Below, piece after piece: positions 51,501-64,000 of a stretch of 64,000 nt of DNA (position 1 is its first letter; every line of letters starts with the position of its first letter). Location: the NCBI RefSeq assembly GCF_006345805.1, contig NC_043015.1:14756001-14820000 (forward strand), given 5' to 3'. The position numbers and the translations under genes were made by a program. The notes below the pieces were generated by a model. It worked only from the letters and a program-made list of their open reading frames with translations. It was not told where the DNA came from and did not search any database. Source of the DNA: Octopus sinensis. Its lineage: Eukaryota.

Positions 51501-53648
51501 TCACCAGCTGTGGTGAGAAGTGATAGAAATGAAGCCCAATTTGAAAGAATCATTGACAACTCTTTACTATACTAAAATGCATAGCTTTATATACTTTGAG
51601 TTCCACTGTTAAAACAATTTATAAAAATGTCTATTTTTGAATGCTACATGTTAATTTTTTCTGAATCTCTGATGGGCCATTCAAGAAATATTTTGATAAA
51701 CAAAAATTCAGCTTGCAATGTGTGTGTGCGTGCTCACTAAAATGCTTGATTGTATTGTGAATGGTATATGTATGTACATGTGGCAGTAGTAGGTTTTAAC
51801 TGGATAACATTTGCAAAAAGTTTACGGTATGTTTGTGTGTCAGATAGCCTGGCTGGTCATAACAGTTTTGTTTTTTTTGTTTTCATTGTCTGTCAATAGA
51901 CTCATTTATTGTACTGGTGATATTGGTACTTTCTGCTATTGGTTAGAAGCCAATAGCCAAGGGCTAAAATGTACTCTTGTCTGTTGATGCATTTCTCTTT
52001 CAAAAGCTTGGCTCTGGCTGGTTGTGTATGACTTCTTGTTATCTGTTTATATATTTGAAACTAACTGAACGAGTTATCAGTGTAAGGTCAAGAAGTGTTA
52101 AACTGACATTTCTGGTTGGTTAAAAGAGGTCAGAAGATACAAAAAATAAAATAACTTACATGTTTCTGAAGTAAAGTATACATTTTGGCACAAGGCCAGC
52201 AATTGCAGGAAAGGGGATAAGTTGATTAAATTGACCCCAGTGTTCAACTGGTACTTATTTTACTGGCTCTGACAGGATGAAAGGCAAACTGGATCTCAGC
52301 AGAATTTGAACTCAGAGCATAAAGACAGACAAAATGCTGCTAAACATTTTGTCTGGTGTGCTAATAATTCTGCCAGCTGGCTGCCTTAAATTATACATAA
52401 ATATTGGCACAAGGCCAGCAAATTTGGGATGTGGGGTGTCAATTACATCAACCTCAGTGACCAACTGGTACTTATTTTATTGACAGCAAAAGGATGAAAG
52501 GCAAAGTCAACCTCCATAGAATTTGAACTCAGAATATAAAGACAAACGAAATGCCAAAAGCATTTAACCTGGCATGCTAGTGATTCTGCCAGCTCACTGC
52601 CTTAAAGTATACATAAATATTACAAACACAAATTGGAGAAAATGCCTAGATTAGCTGTAAATGGACCATACATTCAGGGTTTGAAACTTGGCCAGTTTTC
52701 TGTTACAGTAGCTTAATTCCTTGCATTGCCACAATGTAAATGTTCAACATGATGGTACTGTTGTGTTGTAGTATCTTTTATGTTTCAGTCATTAGACTGC
52801 AGCCATGCTGGAGCACCACCTTGGAGAACTTTTAGTTGAATGATTTGACCCCAGTACTTTTTTTTTTAAGCCTGTTTCTTATTCTATGGGTTTCTTTTTA
52901 CTGAATTGATAAGTTACAGGGGTGTAAACAAACCAACACTAGTTGTCAAGCAGTGGTTGGGGACCCACATAGGCACAAAGACACACACACATAAATATAT
53001 ATACACAATAGGCTACTTTCAGTTTCTTTCTACCAAATCCACTCAAGACTTTTGTTTGCCCTAAAGCTATAGTAGAAGACACTTGCTCAAGGTGCCATGC
53101 AGTGGGACTGAACTTGGAACTATGTGGTTAGGAAGGAAGCTTCTTACCACACAGCCATATCTGTGCCTATGTTCAACTTTTTTTTATATAATGGCTGTGT
53201 GTTGTACCCTAGATACTTCGGTTGTTGCTATGTGTAATTAACATGGACTTTGGTATGTTAGTTGTTTTTGTTGTACTATGTGCAATAGAATCACTGTTGG
53301 ATATGGTGACTTTAAGAAGGGAATAAAGGCAGTACTTTTTTTTTTCATTGTCATTGTATCTCATGATTCAAGATATGTTTGGGTGAGTGAAATCTTGTTG
53401 CTTTGTGTCGTATGTTTGTGTGTGAGTATGATCTGAGTTATAACCTTCTTACATACTTAGTATCTCTTTTATGCAGAACAGCTGCTTTTCTATTTGTTTA
53501 GGTTTAGTATTTTCATCTTTCAGCTTTGTATCATCTGAAGAGTGCTCCAAGTATGACCATTCCATCTTTTTAGATGTAATGCAAACACACACGTGCACGT
53601 GCACACACACACACACAGAATTGTATGTATGTATGTATGTATACATAA

Positions 53649-53727
<79 letters not shown>

Positions 53728-56700
53728 TACACACACACACATACAAAATTGAATATATTAGTGTGTCTTTCTCTTAAGATGTAGGTAGGGAACAGTTTGG
53801 CAGATTTGGCTGCTTATTCTAGCAGATCAAGTGACTACATAGAGGTTCCTTTCTTATGAGAGTGATTGTATAGTGAGCCTGTTATGCAGTTATTGGAGGA
53901 TATTTTTAAGGGTCTGTTCATAAGCATATATATTCCCACTAAAAGGCATCTGAGTTGCATGGACATGACCCATAAAGACTGGAAGATAGTATAATCTGCA
54001 TAGGAACATTTGTGGATAGAAATATCAGAAAGTAGTTAATTAATGTTTGAAAGATATAACCGGTAACTTTGTTGATAGAATGAATGCTGAAGAGAACCTC
54101 ATTCATCCACATTGTGATTAAGATATCTGTCAGATATTTCCTATTCAGAAGATATTTGAAAAATGATTTTTCATGGTAGATGAAGAAGAATGCTTTGCTG
54201 ATGACAAAAGCAACAATTTAATTTTTGTCAAAGTTATCAAAGACAGAGACTCTTGCTGTGTAACATAAGAAAGAAATACTCTGTTGCTTCTGTCTATATG
54301 GAAATGAAAAGAGTTGATTATTTATAACTTTCTCTATTATCTTTGCGGTATTTAGAGTGATGCTGTAGTTGACAGTGTCTTAGATATTATTTATACTGAA
54401 GATAATACACACTGTCATGTGTATCTATAACTTGAGAAAGGTTTCCATAGAAATATAAACATTGTAAAGATGTGTGTTTGCTCATTAGCTTCTTGTTTTA
54501 AGAGGATACCAGTAACTCTTCCAAGGCTGATTGCTTCATTGAGCTTAAATTTTCAAAGAAGTCTGTACACTTAGCAGCTATATGCACATTATGATGTGGC
54601 AAATGTGCTAAATAAATCAGTTGAAGAGAGAGAGAGTGTATGTGTGTGTGTGTATGTATGTATGTATGTATGTGTGTGTGTGTGTGTGCACATATATGCA
54701 AAGTTAAGAGCAAAACGGGTTCCTTTATATGTAGAGGTACCACTTACAAAGTCATCTGGAACAGGCTTTTATGATTGATACATGATGAAGAATAGTTTTT
54801 AAGCCACCACATAACAGCTTCAGATGGATTGAAAGTGAGGCACATTTTCTGCTAAAGGTTGTCAGCATTGAATTGGTTGAGTTCTAGTTAACTAACCAAT
54901 GAAATATCAAAGAACTCATTGCAGTGATACTGATGTGGATTGAGTTGCAATGATGAGAAAGTAATCAGATAATCACATTAAGCAAATACTTCAATGTGAG
55001 AGCAAAGGTTGAGTTTGAAAGGTATTTCCATGGTTGAGGTGCTTTTCAAGTATAAGAATATGTGATATGACTTCTAGTGTAAACAGTTCAAGATGGCAAA
55101 TGTTTCAGCTTTGATTGAAGTGAGAGAACCAGGAGGAATTGTCTATTATACATTCAGGTTGCGTATATTACTTTCCTTTAGATTTTGTGGCTGTTCAGTG
55201 GATTGTCTGTCATTCTTCACTATACATCACTGAAATTTGTGTAGAAATTAATCCTTTTGAAATATCATTTCAAGTTAAAATATAAACTATGTTGGTTTCA
55301 CAGTTGATCACTTGACTACACCATCTATGATTGAGAATATTTCTGGTCTTCTCTCATTTAATATAACTGCTTAAGTATTCAAATTTTATAAATAACTTTA
55401 AAGAATCCAATAACATATTGTTAGAAATATTACTAAATATTTTATTGTTATTATTATATAATATTAAATATTGTATTTATATACAATGTTTTGTGAAACC
55501 AGTGCGAATTACTTTATTATTTGTTATGGATAATATTGGTTTCAAATATTGGCACAAGGCCAGCGATTTTGGAGGAGGAGATAAGTCGATTACATCAACA
55601 CCATTGTTCAACTGGTACTTATTTTGTTGACTCTGAAAGGATGAAAAGCAAAGTAGATCCTCAGTGGAATTTGAACATGGAATGTGAAGATGGATGAAAT
55701 GCCACTAAACATTTTGCCTGGTGTGCTAACAACTCGGCCAGCTTACTGCCTTTGCTATGGTTAATATTACCTAAGATATGCAACAGATATAACATTTGTA
55801 TTCAGTTTTATTCCTGAGGTTTCTTTTGGGAGATAAAAGCTGGTTACAAGATTAAAATTTGTGGGTACATGACATGCTCTTGGCAATGATCTTTGTCTGA
55901 CCTTATTTATGATAGCTGTGATATCTTGTAAATATAAAGGTGATTAATGAATGACTCTCTGCTAATGAGATTATGAAGTGCTTTTTTTAATTATGACCAA
56001 TTTTGTTGCTTGATTAGTTTGAAGAATATAAGCTAATGTAGTCAAAACAGTCATTGAAATAGTAAATCTTCCCAATTAGTTCTCTTTGAATGATGCATTG
56101 CATAATTGACCGATAATTAAACAAATTGAAGTTTTGAATTTCACATGAATTCAATTGTTTTAACTTAAAATAAGATACCTGATATCTGGACATGGCTAAT
56201 GTTTGTTAAAACTGTTTGTTTTTTTGTATTTGTTTTGCAACTAATGTTTAAATTAACATAGTAATTTAGATTAACATTTTTTCTTGTTTCTGATGAATAT
56301 ATTACCTGAAAACAAATTCTTTTAGATTTTGAAATTGGAGAAATATCTTAAGTCTATAGTGTTCCATCAAAATTACAATTAAGACTTATCTACATAGCAG
56401 AGAAGACATATTTTACACTTGATACTTTGTGTATAATAAGGATTCATTTGTTGAATGATCGTTTGTTTTGTAACTGCAAAACTTAGAAAATGTAAAGCTT
56501 CATTTCATGAGAGTAAAAATCTATAATGAGAATTGTTAAATACATTTACAGTTATACTTCAGCAGGAAATGAAAAAGGTATCTCCTTTAAGGTGTGTTAA
56601 AGGTAATATACTTTAATAACTAATCTTTACAGAGTTGAAAATTTAGCACTAAATGTAGTATACATATAAAAAAAAAATCTAACTGATAATCATGATTAAA

Positions 56701-56887
56701 AATAAAGAAAGAAAAAATCTGTATTGAGTTGGTAAATCTAATTCTGGAGGCTTTTTGAAGCAGATGATATAATTTATTAAAGGTTTAGTATTGTTGTTAA
56801 ACATGATGTATTCCTCACCTACACATTAAACTGAATCAATTTCAAATAATTTTGTGTATTTAATTTTGATTTTATATTTTGAGCATT

Positions 56888-56943
<56 letters not shown>

Positions 56944-57783
56944 CAATACATAGATACAACCTTGTCATAGCTACAATAAGCTGACATAAGAACAGGTTTG
57001 TAACAAAACAAATGCTTCTACATTAGGATGTGGTTGTTTGTTTTTAATTTTTTACTTTGATTTTGAATAACTGTAGATTAGTAAGATGTGGAAATATATG
57101 AGTAGGGACAATATTTCAAAGAGATGTAGTTATAGTGTAAAAGGTTTGTATATTGTTTAGTACAGAGTATTCAAGGTGTTGTGTTTGCTGAGATGTAAAG
57201 TAATTAATAAAACAAAAGGATTTCGAGTAGAGAAGCAAAGCATCAGAGAAGATTTATCGATCAGATAAATGAATAACTTGAGAACAAAACACCCAGGGAC
57301 ACCTGATGCATGAAATATTTATTGTAAAGTGGGCACTCACATACACATACTTGATGTAATGAGACAAGAAGTTTTATTAAATAAAATGAAACTAATGGGT
57401 GGTCAGAAAAAAAAATCCTCATTAATTCTAATTCAGAAGTGCAGAGTAGATGGTCCCAAAAGTTATGTTAATTAAATACACTATGCTTTACTGATGAGAT
57501 GTAATAAAACTGAAACATATCCAGAATAGTCACTACTGCAAAAGATCAGTTTCACTTTACACTGCATTCTGTATTTAATTAGTTGTAATTAATTTAAATT
57601 CCAGTTTCCCTTGCTTTTATTGACAAGAATTCATTGTTTACTGTTTTTCTTATTACTAATGATGTACTATTAATTAAAATTTCTTTGTTTACACACACAT
57701 ACACACACGCATACCTTTGTGGTAAAATACTTGCTTCCCAAACTTCTTACTAAACCTAGAATGCATATTATATATATATATAT

Positions 57784-57819
<36 letters not shown>

Positions 57820-57823
<4 letters not shown>

Positions 57824-58035
57824 GTGCCAGTACCACATGAAATGCGCTTGTGCTGGTGTTGCATAAATGCACCCAGACTGGTGGCATGTAAAAAGCATCC
57901 AGCACATTCTTTAAAGTGGTTGACTTTAAGAAGGGTATCCAGCTATAAAAGCCATGCCACAACAAACAATTGAAGTCTGACCGACTCCTGTCAAACCATC
58001 CAACCCATGCCAGCATGGAAAACAGATGTTAAATG
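57820..58035 (+). mobile_element. Short element sharing the RTE 3' tail
   Basis: ggcatgtaaaaagca...ccaacccatgccagcatggaaaacagatgttaaatgatgat. Confidence 0.7.
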
Positions 58036-60434
58036 ATGATTGGGATGATGATGATTAATTTCCACTTTAATATTAATCAGATAGATAAATGGCTATTTTT
58101 CAAAACAAAGTTAAAAATATGAGCATATAAACTTCAGATATTGAATTTGTGGAATATATTATAGTTATTTTCAGTGTAATCTTTAATTCCTGTTAAGAAG
58201 TTTTTGTAATAATATAAGAATTGTAACCAGATTAAAGCTGGAAATGTGTGGCAAGTGGGAATTAATTTTTCTGAACAAAAATGACTGTTTACACAAGATA
58301 AAATTATTTTAAGGAACAGCTTGTACTCTGTTAATGAAACACCTGATCAATGCTGAAGAATATAAAATAACAGCTCTGCTGTGTAGCCAAAGGCTATCCA
58401 ACTGAGATATTATTTTATCCTGTAAACTTTGAAGATGTTGAGTTTCTATCAGTCATCATAAAAAGGAATTATTCTCAGCATGTATAATAATGTTTGTGAT
58501 TTTGTTACCATTTAATAATTTCTTTAATATAGATTACATGCTATTCTGATGGTCAAAGATATGATGTTTGTTGTTTGAGCAGATCTAGGCACAAAGGTAG
58601 ATGATTAGAAAAAGTATTTAGTCAGCAACAGCAGTTTTAATAATGGCTATCATGACTTTATGGCTGGGCGTGCCTTAAGATTTTTAACATAATAAAGTGA
58701 TCTGTTTTAGAAATATTTAGCTGTTGTAATGAGCAGTTCAAATAATTATGTGGAAGCTTTAATTAGACAGGAATTCTAGTTCTGAATTACAACCTGATAG
58801 TAATCTCTTCAATGTGGAAGAAAGGCGTAAATGGAATCATGCATCAATTCTGCTTATAATGATAAAAGGATGTTCTACACTATTATTATGAAGAATTATC
58901 TGTCTATGAGATAAGAATTTATCTCAAGTTAGTTCAGACAGAAATAGATCATCATGCATAGATAAATGGTATTGTAAGTCAAGTGTACAGAGTAAACAAA
59001 TAATGGCTTAAAATTAAATGATTCAGATTCTTCTACATAAATCCTTAAGTTAGAGAAATAGGTGTATAAGAGGTATACTACCTAAAGAAAATAGACCAAG
59101 AAGTAATTAGAATTATTAACATAAAATTCCTGGTTATAAATAGTTGTGATAGTTGTGTGTGTTTGTGTGTGCACGTATGTATGGACAAAATCTATGAAAT
59201 ATTTTCTTTCTAGTTTCATTCTCTATGAAGTTAATCGCCCAGTAGAAATATTAAGAGCTGATCATTCTACTCTTCTGTTGTTTAATTATTAATATAGCCA
59301 ATCATGTGATTGTCATCTTACCATATTCTAGCAGCCTGCAATTTAACATTCCATTGAATTTATAATCAGTTATCATCAGGAATATAATAAAAATCAAGAT
59401 GAATTGTATTATATATAAATATTATATATGTGGAGACAGACTTCTTTATAATGATTTGAAATTTTTAAATAAATGACATTATGATAGTGTAAACAACAAA
59501 GAATTTTAAGCAAAAGAATAATCGATATTCAGATATTATTTTGATGATAAAAACACCCTCTGATAGTTTTAATTTAATTTTTTTTAATCATTAAAACATT
59601 AGGCTATTTAATTAAAATTAAATCAAAGATATTTTGTTTATATGAAATCATTTAAGGTATAATCTAGTTGTTCTGTTTATAAAGGTAATGCACCACTATA
59701 AAAACACCCAACTTCCGTTCAATTTGTTATGATTATACACACACACACACACACACACACATCTTTCATATAATAAGTTATTATCTGAACCATAAAATAT
59801 CAGGTTGCATTCCAAAACTGGACCATAATTGTATTCTACATGTTGTCAAATATTGATTGAATAGAACCAACAGGCAAGTAGCATAAATATTAATGCGCTT
59901 TAAAAGGTTCTAGATTTTCATTGTATTTTGTATATTGAAATCTCTTGAAAGATTCTTTAAGACAATGATATTCATCTTCATATTATTCAGTTTCATTGTT
60001 ATTCATATTCAGTTTTAATTTACCTTGTTCTCTTGATGGCAAATTGAATTTCCTTTCTATGAATTTTTATTGCATAAAATAAACCATCTCAAGGAAGATT
60101 TGCTAGCTTTTAAAGTTGAATACGTACAGTGTTCTGGTCAAGAAGTTAAGATTTGATAACCATGTGGTTTCCAGGTTCAATCCCAGTATGTGATAACTTG
60201 GACAAGTGTCTCTACTGTAGCCTGGAGTTGACCAATACATGGGGAATCAAATATGGTAGATGAAAACTGCAGAAGCTCACAGTGTACATCCATCTTACCC
60301 TTCACCCATATTTTGTATTTTGAAATCGTATGAAAGATTCTTAAAAAGACAAAGTTGTTGGTGTTAGGAATGACATCTGGCCATAAAAATCATGCCAAAA
60401 CAGTGGGCTTTGGCACAGTTCTCTGGCTTACCAG

Positions 60435-61435
60435 CCCCTGTCAAACTGCTGGCAACTAAGGGCTTCTCGCTCAGAGTGTCAGGTAGACTGTATGATGCAT
60501 GTGTGCAAACTGCCCTGCTACATGGCAGTGAAACATGGGCCATGAATGCTGAGGACATACATAAGCTTGAAAGAAATGAAGCTAGTGTGATCTGCTGGAT
60601 GTGTAATGTCAGTGTGCATACATGATGGAGTGTAAGCACCCTGAGAAAAAAGTAGGGCATAAGAAGCATCAAATGTGGTGTGCAAGAGAGGTGACTGCAC
60701 TGGTACGGCCATGTGTTACATATGAATGAAGACAGCTGTGTGAGGAAGTGCCACTCCCTAACTGTAGAAAGAACCTGTGGAAGAGGTAGACCCAGGAAGA
60801 CATGGGATGAGGTGGTGAAGTATGACCTTCAAATATTGGGCCTCACAGAGGCAATGACAGGAGACTGAGACCTTTGGAGATATGCTGTGATTGAGAAGGC
60901 CCAGCAAGTAAAGTGAGATCACAACCACATGTCCGGCTCTGTTAAGAATACCCCTGATGCATCAGGCAATATGATATGCTTGAGAAGACCTGTTAAGTCA
61001 AGTAAAACCAAAATTGTAGCTGGGGCTGGTGCCCCTGACTGGCTCCCATGCTGATGGCATGTAAAAAGCATCATCCAAACGTGGTCGATGCCAGGTCCGC
61101 CTGATTGGCTCCCGTGCTGGTGGCATGTAAAAAGCACCAACCGAACATGGTTGATGCCAGGTCCATCAGACTGGCTCCCTTGCCGGTGGCACATAAAAAG
61201 CATCAACCGATCATGATTGTTGCCAGCCCTGCCTGACTGGCTCCTGTGCAGGTGGCACATAAAAAGCACCCACTACACTCTCGGAGTGGTTGGTGTTAGG
61301 AAGGGCATCCAGCTGTAGAAACATTACCAGATCAGATTGGTGCCTGATGCAGCTGCTGGCTCTCCGGACCTCAGTCAAACCATCCAACCCATGCCAGCAT
61401 GGTAAACAGGCGTTAAACAATGATGATGATGATGG
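60435..61435 (+). mobile_element. 5'-truncated RTE LINE (RT C-terminus, 3' UTR, (GAT)n tail)
   Basis: LATKGFSLRVSGRLYDACVQTALLHGSETWAMNAEDIHKLERNEAS...WMCNVS; GRPRKTWDEVVKYDL; subrepeat UTR. Confidence 0.9.
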
Positions 61436-61451
61436 TACACACACACTTATA

Positions 61452-61876
61452 AATAATGGCAAAAAGAACATTTTTTCTTTGTCAATATGCTGAAAATAGA
61501 CACTAAATCATCTAACCACATAAAATATTTTCACTTATATTATTACACTATGTGTCAAAATGAGGAAAGCAAGCAAACAGAAATTCATAAAAATATATGA
61601 CTTTGTATTCATGACTTTGCATCTGCTTTTCCATGGGTATGTCTTTCATTTATTTTCATTTTGTGTTCCTCACTGATGAAGGAATATCCTTTTTGGATTA
61701 ATCCAGAAATTGGAACCGATTCAGGGATAACTATATTTTTATGAATTTTTGTTAGCTTGCTTTCCTCATTTCGACACATGGTATAATAATATAAGTGAAA
61801 ATATTTTATGTGGTTAGACGATTTAGCATCTATTTTTCAGCATAATTGACAAAGAAAATTTTTTTTTGCCCTTATT
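61452..61876. repeat. ~146-bp-arm inverted repeat with a CTGATGA...GAAA motif in the spacer
   Basis: 61452-61597 is the reverse complement of 61732-61876 at high identity. Confidence 0.85.
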
Positions 61877-61974
61877 TACAATTATATTTATAATTCTCTC
61901 CTTAAAAGGTTTTTTCATATGCTGGCCACTGATAAAACTTTTTAATAAAATTTTATCCTTATATTAGAAGTATA

Positions 61975-62390
61975 TTGTTGCCAGAGCAGCTGACTGGCTT
62001 CTGTGCTGGTGGCACATAAAAAGCACTGTTTGAATGTGATTGTTACCAGTGTCGCTGTACTGGTACTTGTGCCAGTGGCACATGAAAAAATATTCAAGTG
62101 AGGTCGTTACCAGTACTGCTGGACTGGCTCCTGTGCAGATGGCATGTAAAAAACACCATTTGAGCATGGCTGTTGCCAGTACTGCCTGACTGGCCCTCGT
62201 GCTGCTGGCATGTAAAAGCACCCTCTACACTCTCAAAGTAGTTGGTGTTAGGAAGGGCATCCAGCTGTAGAAACTCTGCCAGATCAGATTGGAGCCCCGT
62301 GTAGCCATCTGGTTCACCAGTCGTCAGTCAAATCGTCCAACCCATGCCAGCATGGAAAGCGGACTTTAAACGATGATGATGATGATGACA
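61975..62390 (+). mobile_element. RTE 3' UTR fragment with (GAT)n tail
   Basis: Subrepeats plus aggaagggcatccagctgtagaaactctgccagatcagattgg...gatgatgat. Confidence 0.85.
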
Positions 62391-62458
62391 TGTGTGTGTA
62401 TTTTGCTGGCGTAAACTAACAAAGTTTGTAAACATTGAAAAGAAATATAAAAAAAGTG

Positions 62459-64000
62459 GACACTTGTGAAGACCTTTTGAGGCAAGTGAAAGTGAAAATC
62501 AAAATAAAATAGATGAACATCAATGGAATTTGTATCTTTATGGTACCAGTGCCGGTGGCACACAAGAAAACCATCCGAACGTGGCCGTAGCCAGTACCGC
62601 ATCGACTGGCCTCCGTGCTGTGGGCACGTAACAAACACCATCCGATCATGTCCGTTCACCAGCCTCATCAGGCACCTGTGTCGGTGGCACATAAAAACAC
62701 CATCTGAAGACCCGGCAAGACTAGTCAGGCCATAACCCGTGGCCCCTACCTGGGACGTAGTCAGTCCGCCTGTGCATACCTTCCTTCTTGTGACACTTGT
62801 GAAGACCTGTTGAGGCAAGTGATCAAATCAAAACAAATCAAAATAGATGAACATCAATGGAATTTGTATCTTTGTGGTACCAGGGCCGGTGGTACACAAG
62901 ATAACCATCCGAACATGGCCGTAGCCAGTACCACATCGACTGGCCTCTGTGCTGTGGGCTCATAACAAACACCATCTGATCGTGGCCGTTCGCCAGCCTC
63001 ATCTGGCACCTGTGTCGGTGGCACATAAAAACACCATCCGAAGACCTGGCAAGACTAGTCAGGCCATAACCCGTGGCCTCTACCTGGGACGTAGTCAGTC
63101 CACCTGTGCATACCTTCCTTCTTGTGACACTTGTGAAGACCTGTTGAGACAAGTGATCAAATCAAATCAAAATAGATGAACATCAATGGAATTTGTATCT
63201 TTGTGGTACCAGTGCCGGTGGCACACAAGAAAACCATCCGAACGTGGCCGTAGACAGTACCGCATCGACTGGCCTCTGTGCTGTGGGCTCATAACAAACA
63301 CCATCCGATCGTGGCCGTTCGCCAGCCTCATCTGGCACCTGTGTCGGTGGCACATAAAAACACCATCTGAAGACCCGGCAAGACTAGTCAGGCCATAACC
63401 CGTGGCCTCTACCTTCCTTCTTGTGACACTTGTGAAGACCTGTTGAGACAAGTGATCAAATTCAAATCAAATCAAATCAAAATAGATGAACATCAATGGA
63501 ATTTGTATCTTTGTGGTACCATTGCCGGTGGCACACAAGAAAACCATCCGAACGTGGCCGTAGACAGTACCGCATCGACTGGCCTCCGTGCTGTGGGCAC
63601 GTAACAAACACCATCCATCTGGCACCTGTGTCGGAGGCACATAAAAACATCATCCGAAGACCCGGCAAGACTAGTCAGGCCATAACCCGTGGTCCCCTAC
63701 CTGGGACGTTGTCAGTTCACCTGTGCATACCTTCCTTCCTTCTTGTGACACTTGTGAAGACCTGTTGAGGCAAGTGAAAATCAAAAAAAATCAAATCAAA
63801 TCAAAATAGATGAACATCAATGGAATTTGTATCTTTGTGGTACCAGTGCCGGTGGCACACAAGAAAACCATCCGAACGTAGCCAGTACCGCATCGACTGG
63901 CCTCCGTGCTGTGGGCACGTAAGAAACACCATCCGATCGTGGCCGTTCGTCAGCCTCGTCTGGCACCTGTGTCGGTGGCACATAATAACACCATCCGAGC
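62459..64000 (+). repeat. Tandem array of an RTE-3'UTR-derived ~310-334-bp unit (at least 5 copies, runs off the window)
   Basis: gatgaacatcaatgg recurs at 62512, 62846, 63175, 63485 and 63809. Confidence 0.93.

Noticed and set aside
52160-52165. 6-nt minus-strand microexon (cag|AAACAT|gtaagt)
   Set aside because: No supported minus-strand host gene; upstream sequence is mostly SINE. Similar short candidates at 25714, 34550, 35987 and 43714 are expected by chance.
56290-56311. CTGATGA...GAAA (also 57491-57515)
   Set aside because: No stem II or stem III pairing.
62366-63983. Repeated MCHRHRC.../MEFVSLWY... ORFs
   Set aside because: By-products of the tandem non-coding unit; broken by indels in different copies.
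62459-64000. Canonical hammerhead in the tandem array (ctgttga..gaaa on +; ctgatga/cagatga..gaac on -)
   Set aside because: Stem II and core geometry do not form.

Overview
AT-rich, repeat-dense eukaryotic DNA. The SINE/LINE/MITE content and microsatellite load suggest an octopus (cephalopod) genome; this is inference, not a database match. Most ORF-track entries are microsatellite or transposon artefacts. The one host gene I can support is a + strand 7TM receptor of the cAMP-receptor-like (Dicty_CAR/GPR157-like) type. It has two small exons (9036-9090 and 49845-49901) that splice in frame across a ~40.7 kb intron to give xLFMISVMWLFRRYLALAQ|RLILYLSIGALLDCVAYLM (end of TM1, ICL1, TM2). Its other exons were not found in the window. 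The rest is decayed mobile DNA: a full-length hAT, three Tc1/mariner elements, Helitron pieces, CR1-, RTE-, L1/Tx1- and Jockey/L2-like LINEs, Penelope-like pieces, tRNA-derived SINEs and TTAA MITEs. The most notable observations are (i) hammerhead-ribozyme-like motifs inside direct or inverted Penelope-type terminal repeats (5005, 41303, weaker at 61673), (ii) a 60-bp-period triplication that places the receptor's splice donor and a decoy copy inside hairpins, and (iii) a ~325-bp tandem array built from an RTE 3' UTR at the window end.
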